Positions 40,901 through 53,680 of a stretch of 64,000 nt of DNA are shown here, piece after piece. Position numbers and translations under genes: made by a program. The stretch covers positions 48,846,568-48,910,567 of the forward strand of contig NC_068992.1 of assembly GCF_001194135.2 (NCBI RefSeq). Reading direction: 5' to 3'. The DNA is from Octopus bimaculoides. Lineage: Eukaryota. A model generated the notes under the pieces. That model did not search any database and was not told the origin of the DNA. It worked only from the letters and a program-made list of their open reading frames with translations. Every line of letters starts with the position of its first letter. Position 1 is the first letter of the stretch.

Positions 40901-40974
40901 TGTAGCCTTCTCAATAAGTTTCCTTTTCTGGTGTTTGCTATTCATATATCTGTGGTGAATCTCTATGAGAATGG

Positions 40975-41012
<38 letters not shown>

Positions 41013-41248
41013 GTGTATGAGTGTGTGTATATACATGTAGGTATGCACGTGTGTGTATATATATAGATATGTGTGTATGTATATATGTGTGTGCAGGCAT
41101 GCATGCATGTATGTTTGTATGTATGTATGTATGTTATGTATGTATGTATGTATGTATGTGTACGTGAGCGTATTTCTTGTTTGCGTGTACTTTGTGTAAT
41201 AACTTATTTGGAAGTGTGCATTTATGTATATATGTGCGTGAGTGCATG

Positions 41249-41317
<69 letters not shown>

Positions 41318-41433
41318 TGTTGTTGATTTATTTATTTGTCATTTATATTGTTCTGTCAACTGAAAGGAATTCCTGTAGGTGCCGTTAGTAGATAAGACGG
41401 ACGTAGGTGTATCTCTCTCTCCCTCTCTATCTA

Positions 41434-41483
<50 letters not shown>

Positions 41484-41662
41484 TCTCTTTCTCTATCTCA
41501 CTCTCTCCCTCACACGCTCGCACATACACATTCATTGCATTTTCATTGTATATTTTATAGTTTATCATATTTAAAATGTCGTAAGCGCAATATAACGGCT
41601 CAGAAATTCACTTCGCAATCGAGAGGTCACGGCTTATAAATATGCTGCGTACCATCTTAGGC

Positions 41663-41703
<41 letters not shown>

Positions 41704-42223
41704 CTTTTATTGGCCAAACCATGCACTCACACACATACATATCTTCGGGCGGGCAGACCGATACTTTGTGCGATGAAACTGAATATGTAACAAAACTGCG
41801 AGGAAGCCCATTTGATGGATTATACTTGTAATTCAAAGGTCCAGCCATGTCAAACTATATCTCGCTGATTATACCCTAGAATTACAATAAAGGTTCATTT
41901 CTCACTGGAATACTCTTACGCTATTCCAGTCATCCTACGATGACTGGTAGCGCGAGTCGGCGGCTCAGTATAAACAAAGTACGGGGTTGCAAAATTGTAT
42001 TTATACTCAGCCCAGCCCCTGACAGTCGTTGATGTTTCAGTGAATACTTCCATCCAGATTTTAGATATCATTAAAATTTATAGTTATAATGTGTGTGTGT
42101 ACGTGTGTGTTCATGTGCGTGTGCGCGTGTGTGTGACTGCAATCCAATGAATCTAACGAATAAATGGCTAAATGAGTGTATATTATATGATACATATGGT
42201 ACAAATACATATAACACACACAC

Positions 42224-42298
<75 letters not shown>

Positions 42299-42299
<1 letters not shown>

Positions 42300-42495
42300 T
42301 GGAGGCACATGGCCTAGTGGTTAGAGCAGTGGATTCGCGGTCGAAGGATGGCAGGGTTCAACTCTCAGACCGGGCGATGTGTGTGTTTATGGGCGAAACA
42401 CTTAAGCTCCAGGAGGCTCTGGTGGGGAACCTATACGCTAATGAAACCGGGAACCCACCCCTTATGAGCCAAGCATGGCTCAATAAGGAACAAAT
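42299..42495 (+). mobile_element. tRNA-derived SINE, family C, partial
   Basis: GTGGAGGCACATGGCCTAGTGGTTAGAGCAGTGGATTCGCGGTCGAAGGATGGCAGGGTTCAACTCTC has clear A/B boxes, but the sequence continues as a non-tRNA body. Confidence 0.75.
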
Positions 42496-42859
42496 AAGAA
42501 CAGGGCGAAGAACCTTGTACGTGACGGAAAGAAGAATCATAGGTAAGATGACAGAAACTGTACAAGACTCCTTTTTTACTATCTTCTTTTCTTATTTCTC
42601 TCTCTTAACTCAATATGACCGAACTTTTAATAATCCATATTCTCTATATTCTTCGTCGATAATTTTTCATATTATCTACCCCAGTCTTTGAATTTTGTGA
42701 ACATTTAGTCATTTAAACATGTTTTCTACTTCGCAATACGTTTATACAAGTGATAAACAAAAGCATTGTTGAAACTAATTTGGTATATACGTAAATATAT
42801 TTATTTAAAAACAATTACAAGTCTTTCAAATTCAGATGCATTTTCAAAAACAGGAATTA

Positions 42860-43032
42860 CAACCCTTCTTTCTAAATCATTGGCATATAAAAGACCCGTG
42901 AAATGTAATCTTTGCCTGTCAGAAAAGTTTTTCATCCTGTTCCAGGATAAACCTGTTTTGAATCACAGACGTGAGCTCTTAAATTCCTACAGGCGCACCG
43001 CGAGGTTTAAAATGTCAACCGATAAAATATAG
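42860..43032 (+). mobile_element. Penelope-like element C-terminal remnant (post GIY-YIG tail)
   Basis: SKSLAYKRPVKCNLCLSEKFFILFQDKPVLNHRRELLNSYRR matches the C.LCL.EK..I....LN.R.EL...CRH terminus of Penelope-like ORFs. Confidence 0.75.
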
Positions 43033-43035
43033 CAT

Positions 43036-43103
43036 GGAGAATTTTGACTGCCGGAGTATTTTGACTGTCGGAGTATTTTGACTATCGGAGAATTTTGACT
43101 GTC
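43036..43103. repeat. 4 x 17-bp tandem repeat GGAG(A/T)ATTTTGACT(G/A)(C/T)C
   Basis: Direct reading; starts 4 bp after the stop codon of the Penelope-like remnant. Confidence 0.95.
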
Positions 43104-43184
43104 GCACTTGAATTTGACTTTACACCTTTTAGTTATTTTGTATTAGAAGGCTAGTGCATATTTCGTCTTCACTTTTATGCAACA

Positions 43185-43231
<47 letters not shown>

Positions 43232-43977
43232 TATGCACGTATGGATGGATTGATGGATGGATGGATGGATTGATGGATGGATGGATGGATGGATGGATGG
43301 ATGGATGGAAATTGTGCTTGGGTGTTATGTGAGTGTTTGTATGTACGCATGCTTTTGTTGTTGGTTGGTCGTCATCATTGACGTCTTAGTTGCGGCTATG
43401 GTAGACGTGGTGGTGCTGCGATGATGATGGTGGTGGCAGTATTGGTGGTGGTGTTGGCAATGGTGGTGATGGATGAGTTGTGCCGATATTGGTGCCAGTG
43501 GTAGTATTTGAACTGATCTTCGATGCCGTCGTTGTTATACTATTTGGGGGGGGGTTGAGGTGGTAGTAAATATTTTTATTACTTAGCCTAGATGTTTTAA
43601 TTATAGTTCATAACCTTTGCTGTGCCAGACAGGTTCCACGAAGGCAAAGCAGTTGATATTTAACTTGAAGATGCTGTATATGATTATGAGGAGGAGGAAG
43701 AGGAGGAGGAGGTCGCTCATCGTCATCACCACTATCATTATCATCATCATCACCACCACCATCAGCATCATCATCATCATCATCATCACCCCCACCATCA
43801 TCAGCATCATCATCAGATTCATCATGTTTATTATCATAACCAATATACAGATGCTGATAAAAGGTCATTAGAAATAGGCCGAGACTGAGTGATTGAGGGA
43901 GAATGCAGAATATTTAGGTATAAGAAGTTTTTCAGAAATAATGAAAGGGATATGGTGTATATATATCTGTGGCAGAG

Positions 43978-44041
<64 letters not shown>

Positions 44042-45599
44042 CATGGACGTATGTGTGTGTGTGTGTGTATTTGTGTATACACATGCAAATATACATGCAC
44101 ACACAGAAATGTATTCTAACGTACTCAAGCAAATATTTCAAATTAGTTTTAAAATTTCGGAGTTATGACTGTAGTCTTTAAGACATAAATGGAACAGAAT
44201 TGTAAAACGTGTGTTATTCCATACAAAAGAAATATCAGAAATATTTTACGATCGGAACCAGGTATACTTTCTATGAATTCTTATGTCATACCAGAAGCCT
44301 GTAGCTATACGCAGAGTCGGAAAGATAGAAAGTGCTTAATGGCGCTGGATAATTAGCAATCCTTGTTCAACACTTGATTGAACGAAATGATTGAATGGAA
44401 GGGTCATGTAACTACATCGACTACAAGCATCTATCCTTAAAAGGCTTACATATTATTTCTAAAGTGGTGAACTGGTTTAGTAATAAATTCATGAACTTAT
44501 AAACCTTTAGAGAACCATGGGCATTTGATATAAGAGTATGATCACATACCTGTCTAGAACAGCTTAAAATTAATACAGAACTAAATTAAGCTTTTCTTGA
44601 ATGTTGGATGAAATTTTTTAAAGGAAATTGAAGGAATTCAGAGCGATGGTTATTGTCAGTGAAATGGTATAGATATGGCAAATGCTTTTTATATACATGT
44701 GTGTGTGTGTGTAAAAGCAAAACAAGAAACAGAGATGTAAGAGAAAAAAGATATACTATGAGTGAGAGACATACAAAGCAATAAAAGGTAGGATATATAT
44801 AGGAAAATATAGGAAAGACAGGGAAATTAAGAGACGGACAGATAAAGAGAGATATAGAAATAAAAAAAATATAGAGAAAGAAAAATATGGAAGCGAGAGA
44901 AAGACAAACAGAGAGGGACAAAAGAATGTAAAGATAGGCAGAAATTCAATGTACAGAGAAAGAGAGATACAGCAGAGAATAAGCAGGTTGAAATATTGCG
45001 CTGGTCGATGTAGAAAAACACAAGAATCTAATAAAACTAAAGGGGAAAATAGGTGAGTTCAGATATGAAATGTGTGCAGAGAGTGAAACGGAAAGCTGAG
45101 AAAGGAAAATTTACCCAAGCAGCTTCCATATCGTTCCAGTGAATGGCTTTGTAAGGCCGGTGGCCATGTTATCTGGTTGTTTCTCGCCATACCTAACTGC
45201 TTTCGTGACCGTTAACAATTTCGGTTGTATCGAGTTAGCACTATATATTGGTTAGTCGTGCTGGTTAGTTAAACTTTATCGCAAAGTACAGAGGCTTCAG
45301 AAGGTAACAGTTATCTCTGATATATTTTTGTTACATTTTTAAAAATTTTATGCCTCTTGTCCTTTTGATTGATTTTATCTACATTCTTTTTGTTGTTGTT
45401 TTATCAGTGTAAAAGAATTTAGTGACAAATTTAGGTTGTCAGTCAATTTCAGGTTAACTTTTCTCACATGACTCTGTACATTCAAGTTAACTTGAATATA
45501 TAATTTCCTTTCCCGAATCTGAAGGTATCACAGTAGCAGCCTATCGGTGCTTATCTTTGATCTACTTCATATCAAACCGATATTTATCAATTTTGTTAT

Positions 45600-46236
45600 A
45601 CTCTACTCTTTACTCTTTTACTTGTTTCAGTCATTTGACTGCGGCCATGCTGGAGCACCGCCTTTAGTCGAGCAAATGGACCCCGGGACTTATTCTTTGT
45701 AAGCCTAGTACTTATTCTATCGGTCTCTTTTGCCGAACCGCTAAGTGACGGGGACATAAACACACCAGCATCGGNNNNNNNNNNNNNNNNNNNNNNNNNN
45801 NNNNNNNNNNNNNNNNNNNNNNNNNNNNNNNNNNNNNNNNNNNNNNNNNNNNNNNNNNNNNNNNNNNNNNNNNNNNNNNNNNNNNNNNNNNNNNNNNNNN
45901 NNNNNNNNNNNNNNNNNNNNNNNNNNNNNNNNNNNNNNNNNNNNNNNNNNNNNNNNNNNNNNNNNNNNNNNNNNNNNNNNNNNNNNNNNNNNNNNNNNNN
46001 NNNNNNNNNNNNNNTATACATATATATATATAGATATATAGATAGATATATATATATATACATATATATATACGACGGGCTTCTTTCAGTTTCCGTCTAC
46101 CAAATCCACTCACAAGGCTTTGGTCGGCTCGAGGCTATAGTAGAAGACACTTGCCCAAGGTGCCATTCAGTGGGACTGAACCCGGAATCATGTGGTTCGT
46201 AAGCAAGCTACTTACCACACAGCCACTCCTGTGCCT
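45600..46236 (-). mobile_element. SINE family A, full length, gap at internal microsatellite
   Basis: Nearly identical to the reverse complement of 53935-54360 on both sides of the gap. Confidence 0.9.
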
Positions 46237-47469
46237 ATGTTCTCTTTTATTTTTTTTTGTTTCAATTAGCTTTTCCCTCTCCACTTTTCCTTCTCCTCCA
46301 CCTTTTCCTCTTCTTTCTCCTCCCATATCTTAACTCTAGTTGTTAATTGTGGGACCGAAGGTATAATTTTAGGGTTGTGTATTTGGTTCCATAAGGACAT
46401 CGATGGTTTTCTTAATCAATTTGGATTTTAGATCTTTTTACAATGTCGATAATTTTTTCTTTTTTTCTTTTGGCAACGTTTTGTTTGTTTGTTTTTTGCA
46501 TGGTTGGTTCTTTAATATTTTCACTGCATTTAAAGGATTTATTCATTAGATGTGTAGTTGTCTCTACTGCAATGCTTCCTTTCTTATACAGAGTTCTTGT
46601 GTTCTGTAACTGAAGGTTTCTGTAGAAATGCTTCCATTCATTGTGGAAGGTAATCTTTAAGATTAAGTTGGTTGTGTTGTTTTACTTTCACTATGTATCC
46701 TTTCTATGAGTCGTCTTATTTCAATTTCGGGTATCTTTTATTGCTTATTATTAATCTCCCTAACTTGCAAATGTATCCGTCTTTATATTTTCCTCGCTTC
46801 TTCGTTGTTTTTTCCCTCCATCATTCATACGTCACTTACTGTTCTTGTGTGTTGGATACGTGTTAATGTTTAATAGAAATGTAAGGCTTCAATGCTATGT
46901 TCATTGGTCCAAAAGAGCATTTTTATTTTGTTTTATTTTGTTTTATTTTGTTTTATCTTTGTTTAGATCCAATCTTTGCAGAGGATGCTGCTTCTAAAAC
47001 ATTGTTTCATTACTTTCGTATCGTGGTCGCAATAAACTTGCGATGCGAATTTCTTTGACCATTCTGATACAGTTGCTCGTATTTTGCAGATATTGAAGTT
47101 ATTAATGGACATTAGTAATTTGATTACTTTTTAATTAGGTTTATTTAAACTCATTCCACTTTAGTTTATTTATATTGAAAAGTTTGTTTCGTTTCGTTTG
47201 GTCTATGTTAAAAGTTCATTTTGTGTTGCTATTGTTGTTGCTTTTGTCTATTGTTTATCTTTATTTTCGTATACTTAATCGTTCTTTAAATAACAAATTT
47301 GTATGTAATAAACATATGTATTACGTATGAAATAATATCAGTCGTACACATTAGAGTCATTTAGTATTGTCTTGTTCATCTTCAAAATGTCGGTTTCCAT
47401 TCGCTTGAAGTTCTTCATCCATCTGTGAATATTGTTGTTGTCAGTCGCGTCGTCTGCGTAAACTATTTG

Positions 47470-47560
47470 TCGCTTTCTATAGAAGTCGGACAATCCTCAC
47501 TTTTCTTTCATCAGGAACTCAATGACAGCACATTGCTCCTACTTCGAACCCATTATCTTC
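47470..47560 (-). mobile_element. Mariner transposase N-terminal remnant
   Basis: SK*EQCAVIEFLMKEK resembles the EQRAVI(K/E)FL start of mariner transposases. Confidence 0.5.
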
Positions 47561-48647
47561 CAGCAATGAAAAACAGGAAGAGATTCTATAAAGGAACAAA
47601 TCTACCAACATGTTCAGTTTGAACGATTCATGTCAGTTAATAAAAGAATTATGCCCACTTAAGCATTACTTTCGGAAGAATCCTCACTTATGTAAGTATA
47701 TGTGTGTGTGTGTGTATGAATGTATCATGAATGTGTGTCTGTGTTTTATTGTGGGTGTGTATGCGTTTGTATCCAGTATTCAAAATAGGTGGATATATAT
47801 CACATCCATAATGATTCGTCCGGTGGTGTAGACGTTCTTATAAGTAATCTAGAAAAAAATGATGACGCAACAACATTCGTACACAACTTTCTTCAACGTG
47901 CTACGTAATTGCTGTTGTATTTCAGAATTGTTTCTAACCAATCAGAGGCTTCTCACTTTGTCTAATCGATATCTAAGTACTTTGTCTTTCTACACAAGTT
48001 CGATTGCCAATTTTGTCAATAGTTATAGATTGAACCCAGTCAATCAACATTTACTATCAAGGCTATATTTTAGCAAATATATACTATGTCTATTCAGTCA
48101 ATATCTGCATACCCTATCTAATTTAACATATACAGGCTGTAACTATATCGTTAACATCTATATATTGTCACTTCTACCAACAGTTACAAAGTGATTACAT
48201 AATTTATATGTGCATGTATGTGCGTCTTCTCTCAGTTGAATTTGGTTCAATCGAGATGGACTACGTTCAAATGTAGTAGTCAATAAATGATGCAAATGTG
48301 GAGTTTACATTGCTGTTTTATATATTCAGGCGTGCAGCGTGGTAAGAAGTTTATTTTCCAGCCACATCGTTCAAGGCTTAATCTTACAGAGTGGCACTTA
48401 GGGCAAGTGTTTATATGTATGTGTGTATGTATGTATGTCTTCTATTTTTTTATTATCATAAATCTTCCACTGAGGAAGGATCCAGTTTCCAACAAAGATA
48501 TAAGGCTCCATCTTTGGGATGTAGTTAACACAAATTCACATTTGGAACTTGAGAAAAGTCTTGCATATTTTTACTATTACACTCACACATTGGACTTGTT
48601 TGTATGTATGTATGTATGTATGTATGTATGTATGACTATATGTATGA

Positions 48648-48703
<56 letters not shown>

Positions 48704-49061
48704 NNNNNNNNNNNNNNNNNNNNNNNNNNNNNNNNNNNNNNNNNNNNNNNNNNNNNNNNNNNNNNNNNNNNNNNNNNNNNNNNNNNNNNNNNNNNNNNNN
48801 NNNNNNNNNNNNNNNNNNNNNNNNNNNNNNNNNNNNNNNNNNNNNNNNNNNNNNNNNNNNNNNNNNNNNNNNNNNNNNNNNNNNNNNNNNNNNNNNNNNN
48901 NNNNNNNNNNNNNNNNNNNNNNNNNNNNNNNNNNNNNNNNNNNNNNNNNNNNNNNNNNNNNNNNNNNNNNNNNNNNNNNNNNNNNNNNNNNNNNNNNNNN
49001 NNNNNNNNNNNNNNNNNNNNNNNNNNNNNNNNNNNNNNNNNNNNNNNNNTATATATATACT

Positions 49062-49442
49062 TTTATTCTTTTACTTGCTTCAGTCATTTGACTGCGGCCA
49101 TGTTGAGGAACCAGCTTTTAGTCGAACAAGTCCACCAAACGACTTTTCTTTTAAGCCTGGTACTTATTCTATCGGTGTCTTTTGCCAAACTGCTAAGTTA
49201 TGGGGATGTTAACAAACCAACACCGGTTGTCAAGTGGTGCTGGGGAGACAAGCACAAACACAAATACATACACACTTTGATATATATGCGACGGGATTCT
49301 TTTAGTTTCTGCCTACCAAATCCACTCACAAGGCTTTGGTCGGTTTCGGGACGACCATCGTACACACTTGCCCAAGGTGCCACGCAATGGAATTGAACCC
49401 GGAACCATGCGTTTGGGAAGGAAGCTTCTTACCACACAGCTA
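49062..49442 (-). mobile_element. SINE family A, near full length
   Basis: Reverse complement contains the head, CORE-like block and GTAAAAGAATAAAAG tail. Confidence 0.88.
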
Positions 49443-49635
49443 AGCCTAGGTCTATGTATATATGTTTCTATACAAATTTGTGTGTATGTGTGTGTGGGGG
49501 TGTTTGTGTGAGTGTATATATGCATGTGTTCGTGCGTGTGTGTGTGTGTGTGTGTGTGCATGTGTATGTGTGTGTGTGCATGTGTATGTGTGTGTGCGCG
49601 TGTGTGTGTGTATGTGTGTGTGTGTGCGTGCGTGC

Positions 49636-49698
<63 letters not shown>

Positions 49699-50924
49699 CG
49701 TGTGTGCATTATTGTTCGGAAAGTGTACAGATAATGAAAGCAAGGAGCTTTCAAACAAAGGAGATAACTTCAGACGTGTTTCGGTCTACGTGGCAGCTCT
49801 ACCAGCTAGAAATAGCAGCCAAATCTGCTTCAAATCACAATCTGCTATATTAAACAAAAACAATGACGAATCGAGAAAAAGAGATGGAATAGTCATGACT
49901 GAATTGCCTTTGATTATAGGTCTACATGCTCAAGGCCGATCTGTGGCTAAATAAAAACAACAACGACTCTATCAACACTAATTGAATATTTAGTTCATGT
50001 CTTGAAGCAACGTCTGTATATACATATACATATATATATATATACAACTAATGTTTATCTAATCAACATCCGCAGTTTTTGATGCTTCAATCAACATCGA
50101 CGATATACAGCTACGTAATAATCAATATTTGATACAATCTGTATCAATACTGTCAACATAAAACCACTGTGACAAATCAATATCTAAAGACTATACCTCT
50201 CTAGTCAAACTTCGCAGTTGGTATTTATCGACTTCAAATGGATACATAGGCAACATCCATACACTGCATCCCGCAGCGCTATATATATATGTGTGTGTAT
50301 ATATATATGTATGTATATATATATATANNNNNNNNNNNNNNNNNNNNNNNNNNNNNNNNNNNNNNNNNNNNNNNNNNNNNNNNNNNNNNNNNNNNNNNNN
50401 NNNNNNNNNNNNNNNNNNNNNNNNNNNNNNNNNNNNNNNNNNNNNNNNNNNNNNNNNNNNNNNNNNNNNNNNNNNNNNNNNNNNNNNNNNNNNNNNNNNN
50501 NNNNNNNNNNNNNNNNNNNNNNNNNNNNNNNNNNNNNNNNNNNNNNNNNNNNNNNNNNNNNNNNNNNNNNNNNNNNNNNNNNNNNNNNNNNNNNNNNNNN
50601 NNNNNNNNNNNNNNNNNNNNNNNNNNNNNNNNNNNNNNNNNNNNNNNNNNNNNNNNNNNNNNNNNNNNNNNNNNNNNNNNNNNNNNNNNNNNNNNNNNNN
50701 NNNNNNNNNNNNNNNNNNNNNNNNNNNNNNNNNNNNNNNNNNNNNNNNNNNNNNNNNNNNNNNNNNNNNNNNNNNNNNNNNNNNNNNNNNNNNNNNNNNN
50801 NNNNNNNNNNNNNNNNNNNNNNNNNNNNNNNNNNNNNNNNNNNNNNNNNNNNNNNNNNNNNNNNNNNNNNNNNNNNNNNNNNNNNNNNNNNNNNNNNNNN
50901 TATATATATATACATACATATATA

Positions 50925-51080
50925 TGACGGGCTTCTTTTCAGTTTCCGTCTACCAAATCCACTCACAAGGCTTTGGTAGGCCCGAGGCTATAGTAGAAGA
51001 CACACGCCCAAGGTGCCACGCAGTGGGACTGAACCCGGAATCATGTGGTTGGTAAGCAAGCTACTTACCACACAGCCACT
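50925..51080 (-). mobile_element. SINE family A, 5' half
   Basis: GACGGGCTTCTTTTCAGTTTCCGTCTACC..CTTACCACACAGCCACT. Confidence 0.88.
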
Positions 51081-51289
51081 CATACAGATATACTGCTTGC
51101 CTATCCAAACAAGATCTATACTAACCACCCAGGAAGCTTCTTCCATAGAGCCATTTGACATGCTAATGGTAGCACCAAAATCTCCTTCACCCTTTCTAGT
51201 GAATATCTACATACTATATCAATCCAATCACAGACGACTCTAATAACAATCCGGTCGACTTAATTCGCTATACCTATCCATAAACAATC

Positions 51290-51914
51290 TGTATGTAAAG
51301 TCATTCCGTGCAAGCTTCATTTATCTTGTTATACCTACAATATGCATCGACTTAGTTATCAATATATTGGCTCAATACATCCAGTCGACAACCATACACT
51401 GTGTCTATTCTATCAACATTTGTACACTGTATCTGTCTAGTTGACATCTATACACCGTATCAATTCGATCAATAACTATAAACAGTATCTATTCTCTCAA
51501 TATTTATACACCGTGTCTATTCTGTCAATAGTTAAACACTGTATCTAATTCACATATATACATCTCTATATACTTTATCTACGCAGTTGACATCTACTTA
51601 CCCTGTCTATTCTGTCAATATTTATACATTGTCATTATCCAGCGAACATCTATTCACTATATCGATTCTGTCAACATACGGTCTATTTATCCATTCAGTA
51701 TCTATATACCGTATCTATTCAGTCAAAATTTATAGACCGTATCTATCTAGTTGATATCTGCTTGCCATGTCTGTTCTGTGACATTCATACGCTTTATCTA
51801 ATGAGTTGACACCAGTTCGTCATGTCACTTCTGTCAACATTTATATGCTGCAATTAACCAGTCAATAACTATACACGGCATTTATTCTCTCAAGATGGAT
51901 ATATCTATACATAC

Positions 51915-51965
<51 letters not shown>

Positions 51966-52460
51966 TGTATCTCTAGTTGATATCTATACGCAAAATATTC
52001 TGTCATGTTTATACGATTTATCTAACAAGTTGACATCTCTACATTTTGCTGTCAACATCCATAGATTGTGTCTATGCAATCAAAATTCATACATTGTGTC
52101 TGTCCAGTCAATATTTAAACCATATGTATACCTAGTTAACAGTATACACCCTGTATAAATTCAATCAATATCTCTCAACTGAGTCTATCTTAATCAATAA
52201 TTTATTCAACGTATATATCTAGACACAATCTACAAAACATGTCTATCTACTCAACATCTACATTTATACGTCGTGTCTAAATAATCAGTATATGCGTATA
52301 TCGAAAGCTTATCTCGTTAATCGATATTTTCACACTTTATTTATCCAGTTAATATCTACAGTTTTCATCTACCCGATAAACGTTAACACACTTCGACTCT
52401 TGAGTTAACGTGTTCACATATATCCCATCAAACAAACACATTGCTATTATCAAATCGATA
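51290..52460. repeat. Ancient diverged 28-bp tandem array (related patches at 47950-48200 and 49950-50270)
   Basis: Consecutive 28-mers such as TTGTACACTGTATCTGTCTAGTTGACAT / CTATACACCGTATCAATTCGATCAATAA / CTATAAACAGTATCTATTCTCTCAATAT / TTATACACCGTGTCTATTCTGTCAATAG. Confidence 0.8.
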
Positions 52461-53132
52461 TTTATAAACATTATCAAGATAGCCGATTTTTACAATCTAA
52501 CATTGTCCTGTCATCGCCAAGAGGCTGCCTCTATCCACCCTATATCTATGTAATAAGCATAAATAGTTTTGTTTACGGGGTCCATATATAACAAGCTATC
52601 TTCAACATTGGAATTACTGAATAAAAGGAAATATTCTAAGTAGATTTTAAAATCTATTATTACATTAATTTGCTAACTGAACCATGTATAACATTTGGTA
52701 TTTGGTGAAACTAAATATTATCAAATAAAATAGGTCAACAATAAGAATTTACCTTCGCTAAGATGTGTCTGCATTTGCAGCGCCGCTAGCGTGGCCTCCG
52801 AACACTTCTAACATGGCTGACCTAGAAGTAGGTTTTTGCCATTACTGGAATATTTCCAAGATCACAGACATTGTGTGTAGCCTTGGGAGGAGAGATCTGT
52901 TAAGCGCTTGTTGAGTCTGGAGAATTTAATAGAACGAATAAGAAAATTATAAGAGATTGATTAGTGGTCGTTTGAAATTGGAAGTGGCGATAGAAATAAC
53001 GGCTGGCTTTTGAATGATTACTTTGACTTAAACCTTTCAACCATGAGAAGTCGAATAGGATTTAGATGTGCAACAATGATGAAATACAAATCTTTTTCAA
53101 AGAGAATCTAGTATGCAAGTCGTATATCATTT

Positions 53133-53187
<55 letters not shown>

Positions 53188-53446
53188 TGAAATAATATTA
53201 ACAATAATAAGAATAAGAACAAAACAGTAAAATAATGATGATGATGGGCTTTTCCATTATCAGCCCCAAGGGCTCGAAGAGATATAAGAAAATACGATGA
53301 ACGTGAAACAAATGTCTTGTAAAGAAGCGTGAGATGGAACACAATTTATGCAAAGAGAAGTTAAAATGGTAACAAATTGAATACTAAAAAAATGCAAATG
53401 ATTACACAAAGCTTTTTTTTTAAATACAATAAAACTTAATAATTAA

Positions 53447-53679
53447 CCCTTTCAACGTGCAAGTACGCCTTGGTGGGTACGATTGCGTTTGACTATTTTC
53501 CTATTGAACACAAAAGCCGGTGACCACATGGTTTTGCATTTACAGCGCGTTTTCCTTAGCGGAAACTTAGTTGCTTTTAGCCATAAACACAACGCCACGT
53601 GGCCATCCTCTTTTGCGTATTCCAGGAGTACACTCAAGCGAAATCGCACCCTCTAAAACGCATTAGCAGGTTCAAAGGG
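53447..53679. mobile_element. piggyBac-like MITE (233 bp)
   Basis: TIRs CCCTTTCAACGTGC / GCAGGTTCAAAGGG (12/14 match). TTAA at 53443-46 on the left and TTA at 53680-82 on the right. Confidence 0.75.
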
Positions 53680-53680
53680 T

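Noticed and set aside
42299-42375. tRNA-like sequence with A and B boxes
   Set aside because: No complete cloverleaf, and it continues into a SINE body, so it is a SINE head rather than a tRNA gene.
33349-52460. Short regular repeats (17 and 28 bp) as possible CRISPR arrays
   Set aside because: They are contiguous tandem units without unique spacers, in a eukaryotic context with no cas genes.
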